Shown: positions 12,790 through 24,809 of the stretch, in pieces
How the letters are laid out: each line of letters starts with the position of its first letter
Position numbering within the stretch: the first letter of the stretch is position 1
DNA from: Squalus acanthias
Taxonomy: Eukaryota
Direction of reading: 5' to 3'
NCBI GenBank assembly: GCA_030390025.1
Contig: JASTWF010000356.1
Coordinates: 434,001-490,000 of the forward strand
DNA: 56,000 bases
Program-made: the position numbers and the translations under genes
Notes under the pieces: model-generated
Seen by the model: only the letters and a program-made list of their open reading frames with translations
Databases searched by the model: none
What the model was told of the DNA's origin: nothing

Positions 12790-14970
12790 ACACCCCCGAG
12801 GACTGGTCAAACCCCTGGGACCAGTCAATCCCCCAGGACTGGTCAAACGTCCGAGACCAGTCAAACCCCAGGGACCGGTCAAAGCCCCAGGACTGGTCAA
12901 ACCCACGAGACTGGTCAAATCCCTGGGACTGGTTAAACCGCCAGGACCGGTCAAACACCCAGGACCAGTCACACCCCCAGGACAGGTCAAATCCCCGGGA
13001 CCGGTGAAACCCCCAGGACCGGTCAAACCCCCAGGACGGGTCAAACCCCCGAGACTGGTCAAATCCCCGGGACCGGTCAAATCCCCAGGACCTGGTCAAA
13101 CCCCTGGGACATGTCAAACCCACGGGACTGGTCAAACCCCCGGGACTGGTCACACCCCCAGGCCCGGTCAACACCCCGGGACTGGTCAGATCCCCGGGAC
13201 TGGTCAGACTTCCGGGACCGGTCAATACCCCGGGAAGGGTAAAAGCCCCGGGACCAGTATCACCCCCGGCACCGGTTAAACCCGCCGGGACCGGTCAAAC
13301 CCCCAGGACCAGTCAAAGCCCCAGGACGGGTCAAACTCCCGAGACTGATCAAATCCCCGGGACCGGTCAAAACCCCAGGACTGGTAAAACCCCCGGGACA
13401 TGTCAAACCCACGGGACTGGTCAAACTCCCGGGACTGTTCACACCCCTGGGACCGGTCAAACACCCGGGAAAGGTGAAAGCCCCGGGACCGGTCACACCC
13501 CCGGGACCGGTCAAACCCCCGGGACCGGTCAAACCGCCAGGACTGGTCAAACCCCCAGGACCGGTCAAACCCCCCGGGACTGGTCAAACCCTCGGGACCG
13601 GTTAAACCCCCGGGACTGGTCACACCCCCGGGACCGGTCAACCCCCGGGAAAGGTCAAAGCCCCAGGACCGGTCACACACCCGGGACCGGTCACACCCCC
13701 GGGACCGGTCAGACTTCCAGGACCGGTCAATACCCCGGTAAGGGTAAAAGCCCCGGGACCAGTATCACCCCCGGCACCGGTTAAACCCCCCGGGACCGGT
13801 CAAACCCCCAGGACCAGTCAAAGCCCCAGGACCGGTAAAACCCCCAGGACATGTCAAACTCCCGGGACCGGTCAAACCCCCAGGACCGGTAAAACCCCCG
13901 GGACATGTCAAACCCACGGGACTGGTCAAACCCCCGGGACTGTTCACACCCCCGGGACCGGTCAAACACCCGGGAAAGGTCAAAGCCCCGGGACCGGTCA
14001 CACCCGCGGGACCGGTCAAACCCCCGGGACCGGTCAAACCGCCAGGACTGGTCAAACCCCCAGGACCGGTCAAACCCCCCGGGACTGGTCAAACCCTCGG
14101 GACCGGTTAAACCCCCGGGACTGGTCACACCCCCGGGACTGGTCACACCCCCGGGACCGGTCAAACCCCCAGGACCAGTCAAACCCCCAGGACCTGTCAA
14201 ACTCCCGGGACCGGTCAAACCCCCAGGACCGGTAAAACCCCCGGGACATGTCAAACCCACGGGACTGGTCAAACCCCCGGGACTGTTCACACCCCCGGGA
14301 CCGGTCAAACACCCGGGACAGGTCAAAGCCCCGGGACCGGTCACACCCCCGGGACCGGTCAAACCCCCGGGACCGGTCAAACCCCCGGGACCGGTCAAAC
14401 CCCCGGGACCGGTCAAACCCCAGGGACTGGTCAAACCCTCGGGACCGGTTAAACCCCCGGGCCTGGTCACACCCCCGGGACTGGTCACACCCCCGGGACT
14501 CGTCAAACCCCCGGGAAAGGTCAAAGTCCCGGGACCGGTCACACACCCGGGACCGGTCACACCCCCGGGACCGGTCAAACCCCCGGGACCGGTCACACCC
14601 CCGGGACTGGTCAAACCCCCGGGACCGGTCAAACCCCTGGGACTGGTCACAACCCCTGGACTGGTCAGACCCCCGGGACCGGTCAAACCCCCGGGACTGG
14701 TCACACCCGCAGGACTTTTCAGACTTCCGGGACCGGTCAATACCCCGGAAATGGTAAAAGCCCCGGTACCAGTATCACCCCCGGCACCGGTTAAACCCCC
14801 CAGGACCGGTAAAACCCTCAGGACCGGTCAAACCCACCCGCGACTGGTCAAATCCCCGGGACCGCTCAAACCCCCTGGACTTGTCAAACCCCAGGGACCG
14901 ATCACACCTCCGGGACCAGTTAAACCCCCCAGGACCGGTCAAACCCCCAGGACCTGTCAAATCCCGGAGT
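12790..14970. repeat. 18-bp GC-rich minisatellite (satellite A), about 120 copies
   Basis: Unit CCCCGGGACCGGTCAAAC. Gives (PGPVKP)n and (TGPGGL)n pseudo-ORFs. Confidence 0.97.
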
Positions 14971-15310
14971 CCATAATCGGACACACCGTGGGATCAGACG
15001 CCCCGTCCAAACCAGTTTCATCCATCGGACCTACTTGGTCCTGTTCCGGAGTCACCCCACGCCGTCCGACGAGAAGCCCGACTGTCAATCAGGCTGACTA
15101 CCGGGGTGGGGAACCAATCAAGGACAAAGGACGTACGTTGTGGAGTTAAGACTCCCCAGCATCCGGGAATACCCGGACTTCCAGATATCCTGTCTGTTAT
15201 TCCGCATCCACCCTGTACCTCCTGGCCATCGTACATCACCTGCCTCTGTTAATATCCAGGCGGAAGTATATGAGCAAATGCAAAATGCTGAGACTGCTGT
15301 AAATCTGATT

Positions 15311-17312
15311 AGAACATAAGAAATAGGAGCAGGAGCAGGCCATTCGGCACTTCGAACCTGCTCTGGCATTCAATGAAATCATGGCTGATGTTCTGTCTCA
15401 ATTCCATTCACCGGCCTTATCGCCATATCCCTTACTAGTCAGAAATCTATCGACTTCTGTTTTGAATATACCCAATGAATGAGCCTCCACAACCCTCTGG
15501 GGGAGAGAATTCCAAAAATTCACCACCCTCTGTGTGAAGAAATTTCTTCTCATCTCTGTCCTGAATGGCCTACCCTTTATCCTGAGGCTGTGGCCCCTGG
15601 TTCGTGACTCCCCAGCCAAGGGAAACATTCTCCCAGCACCCACGCTATCAAGCCCTATAATAATTCTGTATGCTTCAATGAGATCCCCTCTCATTCTTCT
15701 GAATTCAAGAGAATACAGGCCTAGTTTACTCAATCTGTTCTCATACGAAAGTCCCTCCATCCCAGGAATCAATCTCGTGAACCTTCGTTGCACTCCCTGT
15801 ATGGCAAGTATATCCTTCCTTATGTAAGGAAACTACTTTTGTTTACAGTACTCCAGGTGTAGTCTCACGAAGGCCCGATATAAATGGAGAAAGAGTCCTT
15901 TACTCCTGTACTCAAATCCTCTTGTAATGAAGGCCAGCATACCATTTGCCTTCCTAATGGCTTGCTGCACCTGTACATTCACTTTCAGTGACTCATGCAC
16001 AAGGACACCCATGTCCATTTGAGCATCTGCATTTCCCAATCTTTCACCATTTAGGAAATACTCTGCCTTTCTGTTTTTTCTATCAAAGTGGATAACTTCA
16101 CATTTATCATTATATTCCATCTGCCATGTACTCGCCCACTTACTGAGCCTGTCGCGAACCCCTTGAAACCTCTTCACATCCTCTTCACAACTGACACTGC
16201 CACCTAGCTTTGTATCATCAGCAAATTTGGAAATGTTACATTTAGTCCCCTCATCCAAATCATTGATAAAGTGTGAGAATAGCTGAAGCCCAAGCATCGA
16301 TCCTTGCGGTACCCCACTAGTCACAGCCTGCCATCCTGAAAATGACCCGTTTATCCCTACGCTTTGTTTTCTGTCTGTTAACCAATTCTCAATCCATACT
16401 AGTATAATACCCCCAATTCCATTTGCCGTAATTTTGTTCAAAACCCGCTTGTGTGGGAACGTATTGAAGGCCTTCTGAAAATCCAAATACACGACATCTA
16501 CCGGTTCCCCTTTGTATACTCCACTAGTTACATCCTCAAATAACACCAATAGGTTTGTCAAACAGGAATTCCCTTTCATAAATCCATTTTGACTCTGCCC
16601 AATCTTACTATCATTTTCTAAGTGCCCAGTTATTGCAACCTTTATAATAGGTTCCAGCATTTTCCCAACAATGATGTGAGACTAGTAGGTCTGCAGTTCC
16701 CCGTTGTCTCACTCCCTCCTTTCTTAAATAGCGGGGTTACATTTTTCTTACCTCCAATCTGCAGGGACCGTTCCAGAATCTATAGAATTTTGGAAGATGA
16801 CAACCAATGCGTCCACTAACTCAATGGGCACCTATTTCAAAAACCCAGCATATAGATCATCCGGTCGTTAAATTTATCGACTTTTATTCTCATTAATTTT
16901 GAAGTGCTGTTTTTTTACTAATAATAATTTATTTAAGTTCCTCATTCTCGCCACTCCCTTGGTTTTCTCGTATTTCTGGGTTGTTTTTTGTGTCTTCCTC
17001 CGTGAAGACAGAAACAAAGTATTTATTTAATTTCTGAGCCATTTCCTCATTCTCCGTTATAAATGTTCCCGTCTCTGACTGTAAAGGACCTACATCTACC
17101 TCCGCCAGTCTTTGCCTTTTCACCTACCTATAGAAGCTTTTACAATCCATTTTTATATTTTTTGACAGTTTGTGCTCATATTCCATTTTCACTTTCTTTT
17201 TAAATTTCTAGGTCCCCCTGTGCTGATTTCTAAAAAGATCCCAATCCTCTGGCTAACCGTTTCTTCTGGCAAATTTATAAGCTTCCTCCTTTGACTTATT
17301 ACTAGCTTTACT
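15311..17312 (-). mobile_element. CR1 LINE, 5'-truncated
   Basis: RT ORF 15833-16660 (YLDFQKAF, GVPQGS, FADDTK), C-terminal ORF 15398-15793, 3' tail at 15311. Confidence 0.95.
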
Positions 17313-17376
17313 TTATTTAAAAAGACAATGCTGAAAACCTCAGCGGGTCAGGCAGCATCTGTGCAGAGAGAAACAG

Positions 17377-17413
17377 AGTTAACATTTCAGGTCGATGACC
17401 TTTCATCAGAAAT
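17377..17413 (-). ncRNA. Minimal type I hammerhead ribozyme motif (best-preserved core and stem II)
   Basis: Minus strand reads ATTT CTGATGA A AGGTC ATC GACCT GAAA TG TT AACT, with a perfect 5-bp stem II. Confidence 0.65.
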
Positions 17414-18080
17414 GGAAGATATCAGAGATTAACAGCATTAAAGCAATGATAGAGTCAGAGAAAGTGCGGTAGCATAAGGAAAGAACAAATCTGTGATTGG
17501 CTGGAGGGCAGGGGTGATTCAATGACAAAAGGGATGATGGTGCAAGGCTAATGGGACAATTAAAGAAACAGAAGATGGGTCCAGAGGAGGTGTAAATGGT
17601 TACAGCAAAATAACAAGGGGGAGGGGCAGTAGTGCACATATGGCAGAGAAAGTTGGGTAGACCCCAGGTGTTTGGACAACCCGCTGGCCGTGTACCGGGA
17701 TCTCCACCACAAAATCCCAGCCCACACATCCTACACTCCCAGTGGCTCTGGTGGAGCCATCCTCCATTAGCAGCACATGTCGTCCGAGAAAACGGGAGCG
17801 GAGGTTATGATCTGAAGGTTTTAATCTTAGTGTTGAGTCCGGAAGGCAATAAAACTGCGAACCGAAAAATAGGATGCTGTTCTTCATTGGAGGAGGCTGA
17901 GAACAGAGAGTTCAGTGTGGGAGTGGGATGTAGAATTAAAGTGACAAAAGACCTGAAGCTCAGGATCACACCTGCGGACTGAACGGAGGCGTTCAGCAAA
18001 GCAATCACTCAATCTGCGTTTAGTCCACCCAAAGTACAGGAGACTGGATCGTGGGAAGCGAATATGATATACTACATTGG

Positions 18081-19386
18081 AAATATAGAAACATAGAAAC
18101 ATAGAAGATGGGAGCAGGAGTAGGCAATTCGGCCCCTCGAGCTTGCTCTGCCAATTAATGAGATCATCGCTGATCATCCAAATTCAGTACCCTGTCCCTG
18201 CTTTCTCCCCATATCCCTAAATCACTTTAGCCCTAATAAATATGGCTAACTCCTTCTTTAATATATTTAATGCATTGGCCTCAACAGCCTTTTGTGGTAG
18301 AGAATTCCACAAGTTCACCACTCTCTGGGTGAAGAAATTCCTCCTCATCTCTGTCCTAAATGGCCTACCCCTTATCGTTAGACTGTTACCCATGGTGCTG
18401 GACTCCCACGCCATCGGAAACATCCTTTCCGCATCAAGTCTGTCTAGTCCTGTTAGAATTTTATAAGTTTGAATGAGATCCCCTCTCATTCTTCTAAACT
18501 CCAGGGAATATAAGCACAATCGACCCAATCTCTCCTCATACGTCTCCCTGCAATCCCAGGTATCAGTTTGGTGAATCTTCGCTGCACTCCCTCCATGGCA
18601 AGAACATCCTTCTTCAGGACGCGACCAAATCTGCACACAATACTCAAGGTGTGATCTCACCAAGTCCCTGTACAACTGCAGCAAGACATCCTTGCTCCTG
18701 TACTCGAATCCTCTGGCTATGAAGACCAACATACCATTTGCCTTCTTAACCACCTGCTGCACCTGCATGCTTACCTTCAGCGACTGGTGCACAAGGGCAC
18801 CCACATCTCGTTGCACTTCCCCTTCTCCCAATCTATTGCCGTTCTGATAATAAACTGCCTTCCTGTTTTTGCCACCAAAGTGGATAACCTCGCAATTATC
18901 CACATTATACGTCATCTGCCATGCATCTGCCCAATCACCCAACCTGTCCAAATTATACTGGAGTTTATCTGCATCCTCCTCACAGCACACACGCCAACCC
19001 AGCTTTGTGTCGTCTGCAAACTTGGAGATATTACATCTAGTTCCATAGTCTGATCATTAATATATATTGTGAATAGCTGGGGTCCTAGCACTGATCCCTG
19101 CGGTACGCCACTATTCACTGCCTGCCACTCTGAAAAAGACCCGTTTATCCAGCTCTTTGCTTCCTGTCTGCCAACCAGTTCTCTCTCCAAGTTAGTACCT
19201 TACCACCAATCCCATGTGCTTTAACTTTGCACGCTAATCTCTTATCCGTGAACTTATCGAAAGCCTTCTGAAAGTACAAATACACCACATCCATTAGTTC
19301 TCCCTTATCTATTCTACCAGTTACATCCTCAAAAAATTCCAGTAGATTAGTCAAGAAGGATTTAACTTTGTAAATCCATTTTGACT
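18081..19386 (-). mobile_element. CR1 LINE, 5'-truncated
   Basis: RT ORFs 18217-19417 and (AACATAGA)n tail at 18081-18105. Same subfamily as 3673-5101. Confidence 0.95.
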
Positions 19387-20019
19387 TTGAAGAAGTACAA
19401 GTAAATTCGTCTTTCACATGGATGGAATGTTTGGGGCCCTGGCTGGTGGGATGGAAAGAGGTGAAAGGGCAGCTGTTGCATCTCCTGCGCTTGCATAGGA
19501 AGCTGCCGGGGAAGGGGCGTAGATGTTAGTGCTGACGGAAGTGTGGACCAGCATGTTGCGAGGGCCAGGGGAACGGGAGGGGAGGGGAAGATATGTTTGT
19601 TGGTGGCCTTAGCTGGACATGATGGAAATGGCAGTGTATGATCCGTTGAATGTGAAGGCTGGTGAAGTGGAAGCTGAGGACAAGGGGAACCCTATCTGGG
19701 TTCTAGCAGGCAGGGCAAGTGGTGATGGGAGCAATGCAGGATTGACACGGTCGAGAGCTCTGTCAATCACAATGGAGCTGAATACTCGGCTGAGTAAATA
19801 TGAAGACATTTCGGTAGTACTGGTGTGGAAGGTGGCATCGTCAGGACTTATGCAATGGTGGCGGAGACATTTTGAGAATCGAATAGAGCCCTTCCAGGAA
19901 GCCGGGTTGGACGAAGTCTACTCAAGATTCCTGTGGGAGTGCTGGGATTACAGTAGATATTTGTGGACAGCCTAGCCCCTGAAATGAAGATCGAGAATTC
20001 GAGGAAGGGAAGGGAAGAA

Positions 20020-22170
20020 CACTGTATTTCACCATTTATATGTTATTCCTGTATTTAAAATGGATGGTAGAACAATTCCAAGGTTCCACAGAACAGTTAG
20101 CATAACGTCGGTGGTAGAAAACATAATGGAATCCTTACTCAAAGATGGAACAGAAATCATCTAGAAACACAAAATATAAGGAGTAGTCAGCAGGTATTCC
20201 AAAAGTGAATCATAGAATGGTTACAGCACAGAAGGAGGCCATTGGCCCGTCGAGCCCGGGCTCACTCTCTGCAACATGCACTGCAGCTAATCCCAATACA
20301 CCGCCCTTTCACCGTAGCCCTGCAATTCTTTTCTTTCAGGTACTTATCGCAAGCCCTTTTGAAAGCCACGATTGAATCTGCCTCCACCACCCTTTCAGAC
20401 AGTGCATTCCAGATCCGAACCACTCACTGCCTTACAAAGTTTTTCCTCATGTCGCTTTTGGATCTTCAGCACATCACCTGAAACCTCTGGCCGTTGGTTC
20501 TGGAGCGTTCCACCAATGGGAACAGCCTCTCTCTATCTACTCTGTATGGACCACTCATGATTTTGATCACCTCTATCAAATCTCTTTTCAATCTTCTCTG
20601 CTCTAACGAGAACAATCCCAGCTTATCCAGTCTATCCACGTAACTGAAGCCCCTCATCCCTGGAACCATTCTTGTACATCTTTTCTGCACCCTCTCCAAA
20701 GCCTTCATGCCCTTCCTAATTTGCGGTGCCCAGAATTGGACACAATACTCCAGTTGTGGCCGAACCAATGTTTTATAAATGTTTTTACTAACTTCCTTGC
20801 TTTTGTACTCTATGCCTCTATTTATAAAGCTAAGATTCCCGTAAGCATTTTTAACCGCTTTCTCAATCTGCCCTGCCACCTTCAACGATTTTTGTACATG
20901 TACCCGCAGGTCCCTCTGTTCCTGCATCCCCTTTAGAATGTCTAGCTTGAATAACCTTACTGAATTATTTGAATAAGTACCAGAAAGATTAGATAAGGGT
21001 AATGCAGTAGATGTAATATAATTTGATTTTTTAAAGCCATTCGATAAGGTACCACATAGCAGACTGAATCACAGAGCAAGTGGAGTTAGGAGACAGGCAG
21101 CAGAATGGATAGCAAGATAGCTGCAAGAACAGAAACTAGGGAGTAGTGGATAAAGTTATTTACTCAGACAGGTGGATGGTGAGAAGTGATGTTCCACAAG
21201 GATCGGCGTTGCGACCACTGTTGTTCACCATTTACAGAAACGATAATGATTCGGGAAGTAGAAGCACAAATTCAAAATTTGCAGATGAATCCAAATTGGG
21301 AATAGAGTTAATACAGAGGAAGAATGCAACACAATTCCTGAAGATATTAATCCACTTGCAGAAAGGGAGTTTAAATGGAAAATTAATTTCAATATAGCTA
21401 AGTGAGAGGTATTGCATTTTGGTAGGAAGAATAATGTTCCCAAATACTCCTTGGAAAATCAGAGTGGGAATGGGGTAGAGGGGTACCGATTAACAAAACA
21501 TTTAAAGTAGCAATGCATGTTAACAAGACCATAAACATGCAAACAAAGCACTCGGGTTCATTTCTAGAAGAATAGACTCGTAAAGCAAAGAAGTTAGCTG
21601 AAATCTATATAGAACCTTGGTTATGCCACACTGAGCGTACTGTGTGCAGTTCTGATCTCCATATTACATAAAGGATATTAAGGCTCAGGAGAAAATTCAT
21701 TTTTTTTGCAAGGATGACACCAGAACTGAGACATTATAATCATCAGGAAAGATTAAACAGGCTGGGGCTCCTTTCTTTACCAAAGAGAAGGCTGAGGGGT
21801 AGCCTCATAGAGGCTTTTCATTTTGAAGGGGTAACATAGGGTAGATGTTTATACTTGTGACGTGAGTGTAAAATTGGAGATTATCGATAAAAGATAGTCA
21901 ATAATAAATCCAATACGGAATTGAGGAGAAATGTCTTTACTCAGAGATGTTCAGAATGTGGAACTCGCTACAACTTGGCGTATTTGAAGCGAATAGCAGG
22001 GATTTATTTCAGGGGAAGCTAGAGAAGTACACGAGGTAGAAAGCAGTAGAAGTTTATACTGATAGGGTTAGAGGAAGAGGGGTGGGAGGAGGCTACTGTG
22101 GAGCATAAACACTGGCATAACCTAGTAGGGCAAATTGGCCTGTTTTGTGCTGTAAATTCTAAGGAGTTCT
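20020..22170 (+). mobile_element. Old CR1, interrupted by a younger CR1; positional homolog of 53270-54440
   Basis: Degenerate RT (DVPQGSALRPLLF, KFADESKLG) and 3' end. Confidence 0.8.
20207..20940 (-). mobile_element. CR1 3' fragment inserted in the old CR1
   Basis: ORF 20466-20927 (RPQLEYCVQFW) and tail GAATCATAGAAT. Absent at the homologous site near 53528. Confidence 0.9.
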
Positions 22171-22777
22171 CTGTTACTTGAGTACAAATTAATCACTTTC
22201 ATCAGTTCATTTAATCATTGCGGCTATTGAAGTGCTTTATTTATTGAAGCATTGACCTATATATTACATTATTATCAATTTATTAATGCTATCATTTACT
22301 GCCCTCGGGACTGATCCGTGTATCATGAAAACCTGATATGCATGTTCTTCAGTTATACGTGTCCCTTCTTCCAGGGACTCACCTCACTGAGCTAAGGCCA
22401 GAGATCGTTGCAGGTTATCTGTGTAGAGACTCTGAATCAGAGATAAGAACTGGTTCGTCAAACCTTAATCAGTTACAGAAGTGGAATAATCAATAACCAC
22501 AGCCCAATATTCATCCCGTCTAACGGTAACAAAATGAAATTTAGCACTCATGACCCACAGATTCTCAGGACTGTGTTGGGAGAAGGGGATAATCAGCACC
22601 AAAGCAATTAAAGTTTTTACAATAACTATACATAGAGTAAGAATAAGTCATTATACAGAGGATTTGAATACTGTAACACTGCTGTCCTGCTGTTTACCAG
22701 TCAGTAATTAGTTAACATCTGTTTCTGTTGGTGCAGTTCAATAGGAAACAAAGCATCATCAGTACAAGAACCTTATA

Positions 22778-23275
22778 CATGAACATAAGAAAATAAGAAA
22801 TAAGAGCAGGAGTAGTCCATACGGTCCCTCGAACCAGCTTCGCCATTCAATAAAATCATGGCTGATCATCGACCTCAAAAGCCCTTTCCTGCCTGATCTC
22901 TATATCACTTGATTCCCCTAGAGTCCAAAAACCATCTATCTAAGTCTTGAATATACTTAAAGACACAGCATTCACAGGCCTCTGGGGCAGGGAATTCCAA
23001 AGATTCACAACCCTCTGAGTGACGAATATCCTTCTCATCTCAGTTTCAAATGGCCTACCCCTTATCCTGAGCCTATGCCCCCTAGTTCTAGACATGCCTA
23101 CCAGGGGAAACAACCTCTCAGCATCTAACGCTGGCAATTCCCTTCAGAATCTTGTATGTTACAATGAGATCACCTCTCATTTTTCTAAACTGCAGAGAGT
23201 ACAGGCCCATTCTACACAATCTCTCCTCATTGGACTGCCCTCTCATCCCAGGAATCAATATTGTGAACCTTCGCT
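22778..23275 (-). mobile_element. CR1 3' fragment
   Basis: QRRFTILIPGM...TQRVVNLWNSLP and a CATAAGAA tail. Confidence 0.9.
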
Positions 23276-23434
23276 GCAGCGCGTCATATGCTTCTAATGA
23301 AACTTCTTCAACCAACAACAAAAATCTTCCCCTTTGCCATTGATTCCATTGGGAAAACACGAATGCAAATCCCTGAAGGGGAGAGATCAGTTATCTAAAA
23401 TAATAATTTCAAATTGGAACCGACTTGTTCCAGT

Positions 23435-23902
23435 CCGGTTAGTGACCCAAACTCAGTACAATTCTACAGTGAGCGTTACACTCAGTAATAAATGGACACT
23501 GGGGTCAGGTTTTACAATCCGGTTAGTGACACACACTCAGCAGTTCTACAGTGACAGATACTCCCAGTAATACATGGCCACTGGGGTCAGGTGTTCCACA
23601 ACAGTTAGTGACCCACACTCAGTACAGTTCTACAATGACAGGTACTCTCAGTAATACATGGCCACTGGGGTCAGGTGTTCCACTCCTGTTAGTGACACAC
23701 ACCCAGCAGTTTTACAGTGGCAGATACTCCGAGTAATACATGGCCACTGGGGTCAGGTGTTCCACTCCGGTTAGTGACCCACACTCAGCAGTTTTACAGT
23801 GACAGATACTCTCAGTAATACATGGCCACTGGGGTCAGGTGTTCCACTCCGGTTAGTGACCCACACTCAGCAGTTTTACAGTGACAGATACTCCGAGTAA
23901 TA
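23435..23902. repeat. 82-84 bp tandem repeat, about 5.5 copies, in the GPCR intron
   Basis: CATGGCCACTGGGGTCAGGTGTTCCAC recurs at 23573, 23657, 23739, 23821. Confidence 0.95.
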
Positions 23903-24206
23903 CCTTATCTCAGAGTGTTACTTACACTGAGTTCTGATTCATCAGTACACAATATTACTCTAAAGGCAATAACTTCTTAACACAGCGAGCCCGTGAGTTA
24001 CAAACAGAGTTTTACTTTCAGTTGAGGCAATGGAATAAAACCTCAGAGGTAATTCAGCTCATTTGACTAAACGAAATGTTATCACTGATCGTGTATCTGT
24101 ATAACGGTGACCACAAGATCAGGATGTAACATTATCAGACACAGAATAAAACCAGAGACGAGGACACACAGAGATTTAAACAACTTCAATGGTTATAATC
24201 ACTTAC

Positions 24207-24273
24207 CAGGAACACCGATGACGGCAATGATCACGTAGCATATTTTCTGCACACTGAGATATGTGCCAATCAT
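24207..24273 (-). CDS. GPR139-like GPCR coding exon 1a (MIGTYLSVQKICYVIIAVIGVP+G)
   Basis: 67 nt from ATG to CCT G|GTAAGT. Joining to exon 2 gives ...IGVP-V-NLLAIVIL, a complete TM1, and a 978-nt, 325-aa CDS. Intron 12368-24206 (11839 bp). Confidence 0.88.
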
Positions 24274-24800
24274 TTTCTGTGTGAAGTGATGTGTCCCTTC
24301 GTGCTGCAGGCAATCTCTCTGAATTAAACTCTGAGGCGGGACATTCCCAGAGCCTTTCATTTATACCCTGCGGGATCTCCACGGGGAAATTGAGGTTGCA
24401 ACATCGCTGAAAATGCTATTTAAAAAAATATTTGAACAAACAGATGACGACAGCCGACTTAATTCCCTGTTAAGATGGAATATATTTAGTGCTGAGATTG
24501 TAATTGAAAACCCCAAAGACCGGGGAATACTGATCACATGAATTTACGAATGGAAATTACCAGCTATATTCTCCCAGCAATGGGGCTGTTTTTGCAAACA
24601 CCACCAGGCCCATCTCTAGAACTCATATTGTTTCGATGATGTCCTTCACTCTGCTGTGGCCAGTCAGTAATTAAATTCCAAATGTTAGAGTGTCTTCTCA
24701 GGACTTTTCTGCTGCACTCTGGGATGAGGCTGTCCGCCTTAACTGTGGCCATTTAGTTAAACAATTCAAGAGGGGAATTTGTACCAATGGATCCTCAAAT
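24274..24800 (-). promoter_or_regulatory. 5'UTR and promoter of exon 1a, TATAAA at 24360-24365
   Basis: TATA box about 87 nt upstream of the ATG. The whole block is conserved with 55278-55795. Confidence 0.7.
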
Positions 24801-24809
24801 TAATAGAGA

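Larger units (their letters stand above)
17320..20015 (-). mobile_element. Penelope-like element, interrupted by a CR1 (18081-19386) and a short insert
   Basis: Tail matching 2290-2470, LLYFGWTKRRLSDCFAERLRSV (GIY-YIG), and 19390-20015 homologous to about 1260-1870. Confidence 0.85.

Noticed and set aside
12545..15149. Long Pro/Gly-rich ORFs (PGPVKP, TGPGGL, FDRSRG repeats) resembling collagen or extensin
   Set aside because: An 18-bp unit without stops opens several frames on both strands. Frequent 1-bp frame slips and no splice or start context.
23435..23902. CRISPR-like or tRNA-like look of the 82-84 bp repeat
   Set aside because: Whole units repeat with no unique spacers, the context is eukaryotic with no cas genes, and A/B-box-like strings are wrongly spaced with no cloverleaf.
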